Shown here piece after piece: positions 21,865-32,813 of a stretch of 64,000 bases of DNA. The stretch's first letter is position 1, and the number at the start of each line of letters is the position of its first letter. The DNA comes from Pseudomonadota bacterium. GTDB taxonomy: Bacteria > Pseudomonadota > Alphaproteobacteria > Caulobacterales > Parvularculaceae. The stretch covers positions 50 through 64,049 of the forward strand of contig JBCDAD010000002.1 in the NCBI GenBank assembly GCA_039186325.1, in the 5' to 3' direction. Under the pieces are notes generated by a model. The model was not told the DNA's origin. It worked only from the letters and a program-made list of their open reading frames with translations, and searched no databases. Both the position numbers and the translations under genes were made by a program.

Positions 21865-22839
21865 ATGCAACTCAAATTACTCATTCAAATCCTGTTGCTG
21901 TTCGCCGCCATCATCGTGGCGTCCGGCTGCGTAAGCCGGCAGGCGCAGAAAACCGCGCCGCCCATCGGTGAACTGGTCGAGATCGCCGGCGAAACCATGC
22001 ATGTGCTCGATATTGGCCCGAAAGACGCCGCCCTGCCGCCGGTCCTCCTCATCCATGGCGCAAGCGTCAACTTACGCGATATGAAAATCGCGCTTGGCGA
22101 CGCGCTGGCTGAAAATCGCCGCGTCATCATGATCGACCGGCCCGGGCGCGGATATTCGACACGACCCGAAGACGGGCATCGACTGGAGTTACAGGCTCGA
22201 TATCTACGATGGACGCTTGATCACCTCGGCGTCGAAAACCCGATCGTGGTGGGGCAGAGTTTTGGCGGCTCGGTGGCGTTGTCGTATGCTCTTCAGTATC
22301 AAGATGAAATGGCGGGGCTTGTATTATTGGCGCCGGTCAGCCACGAATGGTCAGGCGGCGTCGCCTGGTATAATCGCCTTTCCAATACGCCGGTCGCCGG
22401 GTTTATTTTACGGCGTACAGTCGTTCCTTATTATGGGCGCCTGTCGGCGGAAGACGGCGTCGAAGCGTCGTTTGAACCGGGCGAGCCGCCGGCCAACTAC
22501 GCAGAGGAAGCGGGTGTTTCGCTTTTATTCCGGCCAAAGGATTTTCGCGCAAATGCATCCGATCTGGCGCGTTTAAAACCACAGATTCTGGATCAACAGC
22601 AGCGTTATGGCGCCCTTGATCTGCCGGTGGCGATTGTTTCCGGCGCGGCTGACGACACCGTTCCACCCGATGTTCATGCTAAGATATTGGCTGAAGATGT
22701 TGACGGAGCAACCCTGACATTGCTGCCGGAAACCGGCCATGCCTTACACCATGCGCGAAGTGCGGAAATTTTAGAGATCATCGACGCGATGTCGTTGGTA
22801 TCGGAAGACCGCGATGTGGCGCCAGTAAGCGATTCATAG
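21865..22839 (+). CDS. Alpha/beta hydrolase, probable lipoprotein
   Basis: ASGC lipobox-like motif, LIHG, DRPGRG, GQSFG nucleophile, GH near the C-terminus. Confidence 0.8.
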   Translation: MQLKLLIQILLLFAAIIVASGCVSRQAQKTAPPIGELVEIAGETMHVLDIGPKDAALPPVLLIHGASVNLRDMKIALGDALAENRRVIMIDRPGRGYSTRPEDGHRLELQARYLRWTLDHLGVENPIVVGQSFGGSVALSYALQYQDEMAGLVLLAPVSHEWSGGVAWYNRLSNTPVAGFILRRTVVPYYGRLSAEDGVEASFEPGEPPANYAEEAGVSLLFRPKDFRANASDLARLKPQILDQQQRYGALDLPVAIVSGAADDTVPPDVHAKILAEDVDGATLTLLPETGHALHHARSAEILEIIDAMSLVSEDRDVAPVSDS

Positions 22840-22895
22840 AGACAGTTTCCGAAGCACCGCCTGAAAAAATTAAAAAATCCGATTGGAGAATTCGA

Positions 22896-24194
22896 GTGAA
22901 AAGGCTTTCGGTTATATTCGCGTCGCTTGGCCTTGCAGCCTGCGCCTCCTATTCGGAGCCTCAACTTGTTATTACGCCGTCGCCCATTTTGCAGGGCGAT
23001 CCTGTTTCTATCGGCCTGCGTGGTCTCAAACCTGGAGACTCAGCAACGCTTCGGCTGGACGAAATTAGACTGAGGCGCGGACAGCCAGCATATTACACGA
23101 GCAGCGCGACTTTCATTGTCGGCGACGATGGCCGTATTTCCACTGTGCGCGATGCGCCGGCAGCCGGCAGCTATAAAGGGGTCGATCAAGCCGGTCTTTT
23201 TTGGTCGCGAAATCGCCCGGAAGATCAACAGCCCGATGAGAATGCGGCGCTATCGCCGCTGACACTAAGCGTCGATATTGGGAGCGACGCCAGCGTAGAA
23301 TTTGAAGAAGAAATAATACTGCTTGAGGGTAAGCCCGGTTTAATGAGCCAATTATTGGGTGACGCTTTCCCCGGCGCATTTGCGGTATATCCCGAAGGCG
23401 AGGGGCCACATCCCGTCATCTTTATTCTCGGCGGTTCTGAGGGACAGGACTCAACAGCGAGAAGAATAGCGCCGCAATTTGCTTCGCGAGGATATCTCGC
23501 CATTGGCGTTCCTTACTATTCGCCCGCGTGGGGCGGCCAGCAGCAACCTATTCCCGGATTGCCTCGCGCATTTTCGGAGATTCCAGTGGACTATCTCGAG
23601 ACCGTCATTGCGCATGTCAAAAAAATACCGGCTGCTGACGCTGATCGTATCGGTGTTTATGGCGCGTCAAAAGGCGCCGAATACGCTCTGTTGGCCGGCG
23701 TTCTTATCGGAGGGTTTGAGGCTATCGCGGCGATCGTACCGACTGATGTTGTTTGGGAGGGTTGGGGTGTTGAACAAGCGACATCGTCGTTTTCCTGGCG
23801 AGGTCAGCCGCTCCCATTTGTTCCTTATGAGGGCATGAATGCTGAATTTCAGAAACCCGATCCGAAACTGCGCATCCCTCATGATGCAGGACGGGCCGCC
23901 AATCCGGATCGAGTTGAGCCAGCACGGATCCGTGTTGAGACCATTGACTCCCCAGTATTTCTTGTTGGCGGCGATAAAGACACAGTTTGGGCGTCCGGAC
24001 CAATGGCGCGGGCGATCAAAGCAACACGCGACGAAGCGGGCCGGGTGACGGAAATTTTCGTTTCGCGGGATGCGGGGCATTTTCTCTCAGGTGATGGTTA
24101 CCAGCCGGCTGCTGAGCCAGACGCGACATTAAAAGCAGCGGCATTTCCCGCGATGCTTGCCTTCTTCGAGCGTCATCTGAACGCCGAACGCTAA
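22896..24194 (+). CDS. Acyl-CoA thioesterase/BAAT-family hydrolase, lipoprotein
   Basis: LAAC lipobox, BAAT N-terminal domain (GSYKGVD..GLFWS), GGSEG, GASKG, D..W and AGH. Confidence 0.75.
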   Translation: MKRLSVIFASLGLAACASYSEPQLVITPSPILQGDPVSIGLRGLKPGDSATLRLDEIRLRRGQPAYYTSSATFIVGDDGRISTVRDAPAAGSYKGVDQAGLFWSRNRPEDQQPDENAALSPLTLSVDIGSDASVEFEEEIILLEGKPGLMSQLLGDAFPGAFAVYPEGEGPHPVIFILGGSEGQDSTARRIAPQFASRGYLAIGVPYYSPAWGGQQQPIPGLPRAFSEIPVDYLETVIAHVKKIPAADADRIGVYGASKGAEYALLAGVLIGGFEAIAAIVPTDVVWEGWGVEQATSSFSWRGQPLPFVPYEGMNAEFQKPDPKLRIPHDAGRAANPDRVEPARIRVETIDSPVFLVGGDKDTVWASGPMARAIKATRDEAGRVTEIFVSRDAGHFLSGDGYQPAAEPDATLKAAAFPAMLAFFERHLNAER

Positions 24195-24332
24195 CTGTTC
24201 TGATCGCAGTTCTCGGGATCGCTTGCGGCCCTTGGCGCTTTCGGCTAACACCCGCGCTTCGCTTTTCCCGCCCTTCACATTGACGCCCCGAGCGCCAATA
24301 TCGGGTAAAACCGCTTATCGGATCCAAAACTC

Positions 24333-24833
24333 ATGATCGCAGTCATTCTTACGCTCCACGTCTTGATCGTCCTCGGCCTGATCGGCGTCGTGTTGTTGCA
24401 GCGGTCGGAGGGCGGCGCGCTGGGTATGGGCGCCGGGACGGGCGGCGGCTTCATGACCGGCCGGGGCGCCGCGAATGCGCTGACGCGGACAACGTCCATT
24501 TTGGCGGCGCTTTTTTTCGCCACGTCGCTCGGCCTCGCCATCATGGCCGGCACAGGCGAAAAAGACGAAGACGTGATCGAAGATCTAACGGTACAGGAAG
24601 ATGTTGCGCCAGCAGGTTCGGGTATAACGACGACCGATGATCTTTTGGGTGTTTCGCGCGAAACGGATGACGCATCCGTTGAAACGCCGTCAACGGACGC
24701 GCCGCTCAGCGAGGCGGAGTTGTTGGACAGCATTGAACAGGACGGAGAAGCCTCAGCTGACGCTATCCTCAATGAAAGCGCGCCGACGGAGCCGGAAGAA
24801 ATCAGCGACGGCGACAATCCGCAACAGCCATAG
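24333..24833 (+). CDS. secG: Preprotein translocase subunit SecG with acidic C-terminal extension
   Basis: VLLQRSEGGALG, RGAANALTRTT; lies between tpiA and pyrG. Confidence 0.93.
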   Translation: MIAVILTLHVLIVLGLIGVVLLQRSEGGALGMGAGTGGGFMTGRGAANALTRTTSILAALFFATSLGLAIMAGTGEKDEDVIEDLTVQEDVAPAGSGITTTDDLLGVSRETDDASVETPSTDAPLSEAELLDSIEQDGEASADAILNESAPTEPEEISDGDNPQQP

Positions 24834-24870
24834 CAACCGGCTTTCGGTTGTTGCGGCAAAGGTCGGCTAA

Positions 24871-26544
<1,674 letters not shown>

Positions 26545-26586
26545 CGATTCGTGATACGCGCTTTGGCCGCTAACTAGGAGAGTGAA

Positions 26587-27648
26587 ATGCGTCTGGCGAT
26601 CTGGGGACTGGGCGTTATTCTTTTGTTGGCGGCGTTGCTGCGCATTTTAAGCGGCGTGCCAGCGGTGCAAGACCGGATTATTGAGCGCGCATTGTCGCGC
26701 GCAATAGCCACTGATCCGTATACAAAATTTGATGGAGACGGCCTGAAAGTCGTCTTTTGCGGAACAAGCTCGCCGATTGCTTCCGCCAAACGCGCACAAA
26801 CATGCACCGCCATTATCGCTGGCGAAAAGTTCTTTCTCGTTGACGCCGGGACCGGGAGTTGGCGCGTCGTCCAACAAGCGGGGTTGCCGGGTGATAGATT
26901 GGAGGCAGTTTTCCTGACGCATTTCCATTCAGATCACATCGGCGATCTCAGCGAAGCGAATTTGGGCTCCTGGGTGCTCGGCCGCCCGGCGCCGCTGGCC
27001 GTATACGGGCCGGAGGGCGTGGCGTCTGTCGTGGATGGCGTGAATGCGGCGTTCGCATTGGATAATTCCTACCGCACCGCCCATCACGGGAAAGCCATTG
27101 CGCCCCCGCGTACAGCTGGCCTTACGCCCGTCACTTTTAACGCCGAGACCGCGACACCGATCTATAATGAACACGGGCTGGTCGTCACGGCGTTCAGGGT
27201 CGATCACGAACCCGCTGATCCGTCAGTCGCCTATCGTTTTGACTACCAGGGAAGAAGCGTTTTTGTGAGTGGTGATACTTCTTATATTGCGGCGCTCGCG
27301 AATGCTGCGCGTGATGTTGATCTGCTGATTCACGAAGCCCAGGCAAACCACATTGTTGCAAAGATGCAGGCTGCGGCGGCAAACGCTGGCCGCGCGAACC
27401 TGGCGAAAATCCTGAGCGATATTCCTGACTACCATACAACACCGGTTGAAGTCGCGCAGCTGGCCAATGACGCCGGCGCCGACTGGCTTGTCATGAATCA
27501 TTTAACGCCCCCGCCCGACAATCCTATATTAAAGCGCGCCTTTTTGCGCGGCGTAAAAGATGTTCGCCCGTCCGGGGTAAAACTCGCTGAAGACGGGATG
27601 ACGGTGTCGTTGCCGGCGGACGGCGGCGTTCATTTCAGCAAAAACTGA
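26587..27648 (+). CDS. MBL-fold metallo-hydrolase, RNase Z/arylsulfatase-like, N-terminal membrane anchor
   Basis: CGT.SP, VDAG, THFHSDH, SGDT, HEA, YHT. Confidence 0.85.
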   Translation: MRLAIWGLGVILLLAALLRILSGVPAVQDRIIERALSRAIATDPYTKFDGDGLKVVFCGTSSPIASAKRAQTCTAIIAGEKFFLVDAGTGSWRVVQQAGLPGDRLEAVFLTHFHSDHIGDLSEANLGSWVLGRPAPLAVYGPEGVASVVDGVNAAFALDNSYRTAHHGKAIAPPRTAGLTPVTFNAETATPIYNEHGLVVTAFRVDHEPADPSVAYRFDYQGRSVFVSGDTSYIAALANAARDVDLLIHEAQANHIVAKMQAAAANAGRANLAKILSDIPDYHTTPVEVAQLANDAGADWLVMNHLTPPPDNPILKRAFLRGVKDVRPSGVKLAEDGMTVSLPADGGVHFSKN

Positions 27649-27667
27649 CCGAAGAGGAGCTCGTTCC

Positions 27668-28522
27668 TTGCAGAAAGCAATTTTGGTGACAGGCGCATCC
27701 AGCGGTATCGGCGAAGCGACCGCCGTCCATCTCGCGCAATCCGGCTTTAAAGTCTTCGCCGCTGCGCGCCGGCTTGAGAAAATGCAGGAACTAACGGGAC
27801 TTGCAGGTGGACGCATCACGCCAGTTTCGATGGACGTGACGGATGAGCTGTCAATCGCCGAAGCATTGGACCAGATAAAATCCCAGACGAAGTCTATTTA
27901 CGGGGTCGTGAACAATGCAGGCGTAAGCATTTTGGGTCCGTGCGAAACTGTTCCGGCGGACGAATGGCGACGGCAATATGAGACAAACGTCTTTGGATTA
28001 ATGAATGTGACACGCGCCGTCTTGCCGGACATGCGCGCGGCGGGCGCCGGACGAATTGTCAATATAGGCTCGGTCGCCGGCCGGATCGTCACGCCCTTTA
28101 TGGGTGTCTATGGTTCTTCCAAGCACGCCGTGGAGGGATTATCTGACGGACTGCGCCGGGAATTGGCGCCATTTGGCGTCAAAGTATCGGTCGTGCGCCC
28201 TGGCTTCATCAATACGCCCTTTGGTCATCAGGAACAGGAGGCCTTGGAAAAGTATACCGATGATAATCCTTATGCAGATCAGGTGCGGGTCTTTAAACAC
28301 TGGCACGCGCGCCAACATCCAACGGGCGCTTCGCCAATGGTTGTCGCAGAAGCCGTGCACAAAGCGCTGACGGCGGCGCGGCCTCATTCGCGATATACCG
28401 CGCCCACAAAAAATCTCGGTATTTTGATGATCAGAAATCTCATGCCGTCGGCAATCGCCGATCGCATCATTGAACGTACAACCGGACTCTCTGAGATCCA
28501 CAAGCCAGGAAAAATGCAATGA
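27668..28522 (+). CDS. SDR family oxidoreductase
   Basis: TGASSGIG, NNAG, YGSSK. Confidence 0.9.
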   Translation: MQKAILVTGASSGIGEATAVHLAQSGFKVFAAARRLEKMQELTGLAGGRITPVSMDVTDELSIAEALDQIKSQTKSIYGVVNNAGVSILGPCETVPADEWRRQYETNVFGLMNVTRAVLPDMRAAGAGRIVNIGSVAGRIVTPFMGVYGSSKHAVEGLSDGLRRELAPFGVKVSVVRPGFINTPFGHQEQEALEKYTDDNPYADQVRVFKHWHARQHPTGASPMVVAEAVHKALTAARPHSRYTAPTKNLGILMIRNLMPSAIADRIIERTTGLSEIHKPGKMQ

Positions 28523-28935
28523 CCGCTTATGTCGATCCCACCCGCGAGAAGTTTGGCGCCATGTTAAAGCTACCCGATGATGGTCCGATCTGGATGTTGA
28601 ATATCATTCGCTTAAACAAAGAGGCTCAATATGAAGACGGCCGCAAGGCGACGGGTGCGGAGGCTTATGCGGCCTATGGAAAGGAGAGTGGACGAATTTT
28701 TTCCGGCGTCGGCGGCAAAATTGTGTGGTCGGGCGAGCCAAGATTTATGTTGATTGGGCCGGACGATGAACATTGGGACATCTGCTTTGTGGCGGAATAT
28801 CCGTCGGCGGCTGCATTCGCCGAGATGGTGACGAATCCAGACTATCAAGCTGTCGTTTTTCACCGGCAAGCGGCGGTCGCTGACTCCCGCCTTATACGGA
28901 TGAAACCGGGCGCCGCCGGCGTGGGTTTTGGGTGA
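28519..28935 (+). CDS. DUF1330 family protein
   Basis: GPIWMLN..R, AY..YG, WD...VAEYPS..AF, HRQAAV.DSRL pattern; ATGA overlap with the SDR gene. Confidence 0.75.
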   Translation: MTAYVDPTREKFGAMLKLPDDGPIWMLNIIRLNKEAQYEDGRKATGAEAYAAYGKESGRIFSGVGGKIVWSGEPRFMLIGPDDEHWDICFVAEYPSAAAFAEMVTNPDYQAVVFHRQAAVADSRLIRMKPGAAGVGFG

Positions 28936-29121
28936 GTGCGCAGTTTTTTGACTTGATTCTCATCTCATAACTGCGCGCGACCGATCTAGGGTGGGTGCGG
29001 CGCGGTCACTGAATTTGCTGGTCATATTATATAAGATGGAGCAAATTGGTTTTTTAAAATTGCCAGTCGCGCCGTTAGAACAATTAGGAAAAAATGTTCC
29101 CACTTTTTGTTAGGCGCCGCG

Positions 29122-31284
29122 CTACCCCAACATGTTTATATTCTCTAACCACTCCAGGGCGTGTTCAGGCCACTGCGTGGTAACGGGATCAGATGTGCGC
29201 CGTAAACCGAAGGCGTGACAACCCGCAGCGAAAAAACGCATATCCACCGGAACGCCGGCTTTGTTGAGCGCCAAACCATACGCCATGGAATGACGCACAT
29301 TATTGACAGGGTCATTCATTGCATGAACCAGCAAAGTGGGAGGCGCTGAGCCGCTGATTTTCATCCAGTGTGCGAGTGATAAATCCGTACCGGGATTTCG
29401 CTTTGGCAAAAAGCGGCCCGGATACATGATGATGGCGAAATCAGGCCGTGAAGGTTTTTCATCCGCCATGTCGACTGCGCTGTAAATGTGACGCTCTTCG
29501 TTGCTCAGTACTGCGGCAAGATGCGCCCCGGCGGAAAAGCCGATAACGCCAATTTTGTCAGGGTCGATGTAGTAGGATGCGGCGTTCTCTCTTAAAACGC
29601 TCATTGCCCTTTGTGCGTCTTCGAGTGGAAGCAGATGGTCCGGCGGTGTCGCAACATTGTTTTTATCGCGCCGCCATACTTGCGGCGATCGGTATTTCAG
29701 GATGACGCAGGTTGCGCCGTGTTTGACAATCCATTCACAGATCTCTGTGCCTTCCAGGTCCATTGCGACAGCGGCATAACCACCGCCCGGCAAAACAAGC
29801 ATTGCCGCGCCCGTATTTGGTCCGGTCGGCGAGAAAATTGTCATCGTCGGGCGTGAAATATATGTCGCCCAATTCCACGTGCGTCCGGCGACAAGCGGCG
29901 ACCCGCTTCCCACCATCTCGGCATTGCCGCCATAGTCCGGCAGTTCGATATTGATATTCTCAGGCCAAAGCGGAATTTGTTTTCCATCGGCGCCAGGCGT
30001 CCATACCGTATTCGGTATCTTGACCTTTTCGACAATTTTGCGCGCGCAATTGTCTGCTGTTTCCTGGCCAGAAGCGCCGCCCGTGCTGAAGGCAAAGAGG
30101 GAAGCAACGGATATCGTTCCGATCCGCCTGAAATTCTGCGGACCGTTTCGACCGTGTTTTGTCAGATGTTCTGCTGCGGCCGAAGATTGAGACGGGACGA
30201 ATTTCGGTAGGGCTGACAGGCTCAAAAGGTAGCCGATGATAGCGCTGCTGCCATAGCCAACAACAGGCGTTGGGTAATTTCCGATCGCGGCGGCCAAAAT
30301 AATCGTAAACCAGACCAGGCCGAAGACTGCATACGGAATTGGTTCGGCGCTATGCCGCGTTCGTCCGACGAACGCCGGCGCGAGAAGCAGTGCGGCGCCA
30401 CTGACGACGGCAATGCCCGCAAACAGGTGCACATCAAACGCCGTATAAAGAATTTTATCCACAAACGCCACAGCGGGCAGTGTGTCGGCTCTGAGTAAGG
30501 AGATGCAGAATGCAAGGCCCGCACTCACTAGCGCCGTCGCAGTCATACGATCGAAACGAAATATAGCGCAGCCGACTAAGCCTGCCGCCAATACCCCGGC
30601 CATGGCCCTGTCTGGTTGAAGCGCAGTGGCTAATGCAGCCACAATTATGCCGGCCGTTCCAAAGCCGTTGCGTGTTCGCGCAAAATTCATGACGATTAAC
30701 GGCAGGAACAACAGGCTGGTTTGTATAAAGAATGGGCCAATCCAAACCCATCGCTTGGCGCCTTCGACGGCGCTTCCGAATATGGAAGTCGCCAGCAGCA
30801 AAAGCGCTATCAATAACGTTCCAACGCCTTCCCATCGCCCCGGTATTGGCGCTATGCGAACAGATAATGAGAGGGCCGCGAGGCCAAGCAGGAGTGCGCC
30901 GAAATTCGACGCCAGCATGCGCAAGGGAGCGCCGGCGGCGGCCATATATAACAGACCTAGCGTAACCGCGATTGTCACGCATATGACGCCGATGATACGC
31001 GGGTGATAAATGGAATTGAATGATACGCTCATGGCGTTTTGTTCTGTTGGCGCGCGCCCGATTCCGGAAATGGCGACAAGCAATCCTTTGACATGCGTGA
31101 ACATCGCGAATCCGAAGAATCCCAAAAAACCGCCAACGGCAAATCGCAGCGCTTCAGCGCTATTTGAGATGTCGGCTATTTCCGCCCGCATGGCGTAGAC
31201 CCACGGCTTAAGGTGTCTGGGTGAAATGAAAATTAGAACGCTGCAAAGGAATTTTGCTATCGTACGCTGAAAATCAGAGGTCAT
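29122..31284 (-). CDS. Fusion protein: PadR-partner N-terminus, FtsW/RodA(SEDS)-like multi-TM domain and C-terminal alpha/beta hydrolase (esterase)
   Basis: ATG 31284 overlaps the padR stop (ATGA). Motifs in order: W..AMRAE; GAKRWVWIGPFFIQ, LQPD and YPTPVVGYGSS (SEDS-like); PGGGY, GFSAG, D and H(AFG) (esterase). Confidence 0.7.
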   Translation of the reverse strand: MTSDFQRTIAKFLCSVLIFISPRHLKPWVYAMRAEIADISNSAEALRFAVGGFLGFFGFAMFTHVKGLLVAISGIGRAPTEQNAMSVSFNSIYHPRIIGVICVTIAVTLGLLYMAAAGAPLRMLASNFGALLLGLAALSLSVRIAPIPGRWEGVGTLLIALLLLATSIFGSAVEGAKRWVWIGPFFIQTSLLFLPLIVMNFARTRNGFGTAGIIVAALATALQPDRAMAGVLAAGLVGCAIFRFDRMTATALVSAGLAFCISLLRADTLPAVAFVDKILYTAFDVHLFAGIAVVSGAALLLAPAFVGRTRHSAEPIPYAVFGLVWFTIILAAAIGNYPTPVVGYGSSAIIGYLLSLSALPKFVPSQSSAAAEHLTKHGRNGPQNFRRIGTISVASLFAFSTGGASGQETADNCARKIVEKVKIPNTVWTPGADGKQIPLWPENINIELPDYGGNAEMVGSGSPLVAGRTWNWATYISRPTMTIFSPTGPNTGAAMLVLPGGGYAAVAMDLEGTEICEWIVKHGATCVILKYRSPQVWRRDKNNVATPPDHLLPLEDAQRAMSVLRENAASYYIDPDKIGVIGFSAGAHLAAVLSNEERHIYSAVDMADEKPSRPDFAIIMYPGRFLPKRNPGTDLSLAHWMKISGSAPPTLLVHAMNDPVNNVRHSMAYGLALNKAGVPVDMRFFAAGCHAFGLRRTSDPVTTQWPEHALEWLENINMLG

Positions 31285-31592
31285 ATCAACGCCGGTCTCC
31301 CATTGCCTGATCTTGTGCGAACCGACTGGGGTGGGTTTTTCTGCGCAAGCAGCACACCGCTGGCCGTCAGCCGATAGGTGTGGCGCGGCGGTCTGCCTCT
31401 TTGGGTGGGCTGCCGCCACTCCGAATTGAGATACCCCTCTTCCTCAAGTCGGATAAGGAACGGATATAAGGTGCCGGATTTAACGCCCGTTTGCCGGCAA
31501 AGTTCATATCCATGCGACCATGCATTTCCGGCGTCGAGCAATGCGGAGAGTATTTTTCGTGCAGGCTCGGAAAGTGATCGTGAGCGTTTCAT
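31281..31592 (-). CDS. PadR family transcriptional regulator
   Basis: HGYEL, GTLYPFLIRLE..G, RPPRHTYRLT..G. Confidence 0.9.
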   Translation of the reverse strand: MKRSRSLSEPARKILSALLDAGNAWSHGYELCRQTGVKSGTLYPFLIRLEEEGYLNSEWRQPTQRGRPPRHTYRLTASGVLLAQKNPPQSVRTRSGNGRPALI

Positions 31593-31602
31593 CGACCATA
31601 TA

Positions 31603-31616
31603 TCTACCTATGTAGA
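31603..31616. promoter_or_regulatory. Putative PadR operator (inverted repeat)
   Basis: TCTAC-ctat-GTAGA, 11-24 bp upstream of the padR ATG and downstream of a minus-strand TTGACT. Confidence 0.55.
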
Positions 31617-31805
31617 GTTACAGTCAACACCCGTCCTCTTGTGACAGCGATAGAACGTTTGGAGGAGGCTGGCGGAACATCGATGGCTCAGGTTTTGGAC
31701 GTCCGATTTGATATAACAGATTTTGGCGCTTGCTGATCGTGGCAAACCGGCAGCAAGAGACGCTCGGCATCGTGCAGGCCTAAAATTCAACAATGAAGCC
31801 TGATC

Positions 31806-32813
31806 CTAATTCGGGATCGTATTATTTTGAACGATCGCGCCGACGGGTCCGCGGACTTGTGCGGCGATATTATCCTCAATGAGAATATTTTCGCCGGGCG
31901 CGCGAACAAGAATGCGGGGCGGCGCGTCCGCTTGCGTCGATGGTAAGACCTGATTGCCGCGCACCACGAGGTCGTTGGTGTTGCCGATGTGGATGCCGAT
32001 AGCCGTTGACTGCCGCGTGACGTTCTTCTCCACCACGACGCCAATATGGGGAACGCCAATATGACGGCTGCCGATGAAAATTGGCTGCGCCTTATCGCCG
32101 ACGCCCTGCATAATCACATTATTGGAAATCGTCACATCGGTGTTCGCGACAGCGCGTCCGCCAGCCTGCAGTTGAATGCAGTCGGGATGCGCGTGAGGGT
32201 CGGCGCTGGCGGTGAAGTCCGTGCATAGATTTTGGTCAATGGTGACGCGATCTGAGCCGGCGATAACAATTGCGTCTTCCAGGATTTCGGTAAAGTGATT
32301 GCCGATAATCTGCACATCCTGCGAGGATCTGATCATTAGCGCTTCCCGCGCGTCGCTGAAATGACTTTCTTTGACCGCTACGCCGGCAACACCGTCGAAA
32401 ACGAGCAATGTGCCGTCATTCAACGGGTCTCCATCCCGCGCCCAGGCGAAAGACGCGCGCCGAAAAAGAATATCACCGCCGCCAAACACCATCAGCGCAT
32501 TCTCGCTATGGGGGTTCGTCGCCGGACCAGACTCAATATGAAGGTTGTCGAAATGAACGCCCGTCGCAAAGCGCAAGATCAGCCGTTCCACATAAGCGTT
32601 CTCGTCAAAAACGAGTGTGACGGGCTCATCGAAAGAGACGCCGCCTAACTGTTGAACGCCGTAAGACCCCGCTGCAACCTGGATCGTGTCGCCGGGCGCT
32701 GCGGTATCAAGGGCGGCCTGAATGTCGGTTGCTGCGTGGGCGATTGCAGCAGCCGCCAACGTGGCCGCACCGACGGACATCATCTTCACGCAATGGACAA
32801 GAAGACTGAACAT
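31806..32813 (-). CDS. Secreted right-handed parallel beta-helix protein
   Basis: Signal-like AIAHA, IQAALDTAAPGDTIQVAAGSY cap, repeated V.I.NN/I.GN strands, HPDCIQ; ATG 32813 follows an AAGGGGGA RBS. Confidence 0.78.
   Translation of the reverse strand: MFSLLVHCVKMMSVGAATLAAAAIAHAATDIQAALDTAAPGDTIQVAAGSYGVQQLGGVSFDEPVTLVFDENAYVERLILRFATGVHFDNLHIESGPATNPHSENALMVFGGGDILFRRASFAWARDGDPLNDGTLLVFDGVAGVAVKESHFSDAREALMIRSSQDVQIIGNHFTEILEDAIVIAGSDRVTIDQNLCTDFTASADPHAHPDCIQLQAGGRAVANTDVTISNNVIMQGVGDKAQPIFIGSRHIGVPHIGVVVEKNVTRQSTAIGIHIGNTNDLVVRGNQVLPSTQADAPPRILVRAPGENILIEDNIAAQVRGPVGAIVQNNTIPN

Noticed and set aside
24833-24851. Hairpin after secG as a terminator
   Set aside because: Short stem without an adjacent U-tract; insufficient support
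31285-31419. Longer 765-aa version of the fusion ORF given in the track
   Set aside because: The extension overlaps padR in another frame; the ATGA-coupled ATG at 31284 is the more plausible start
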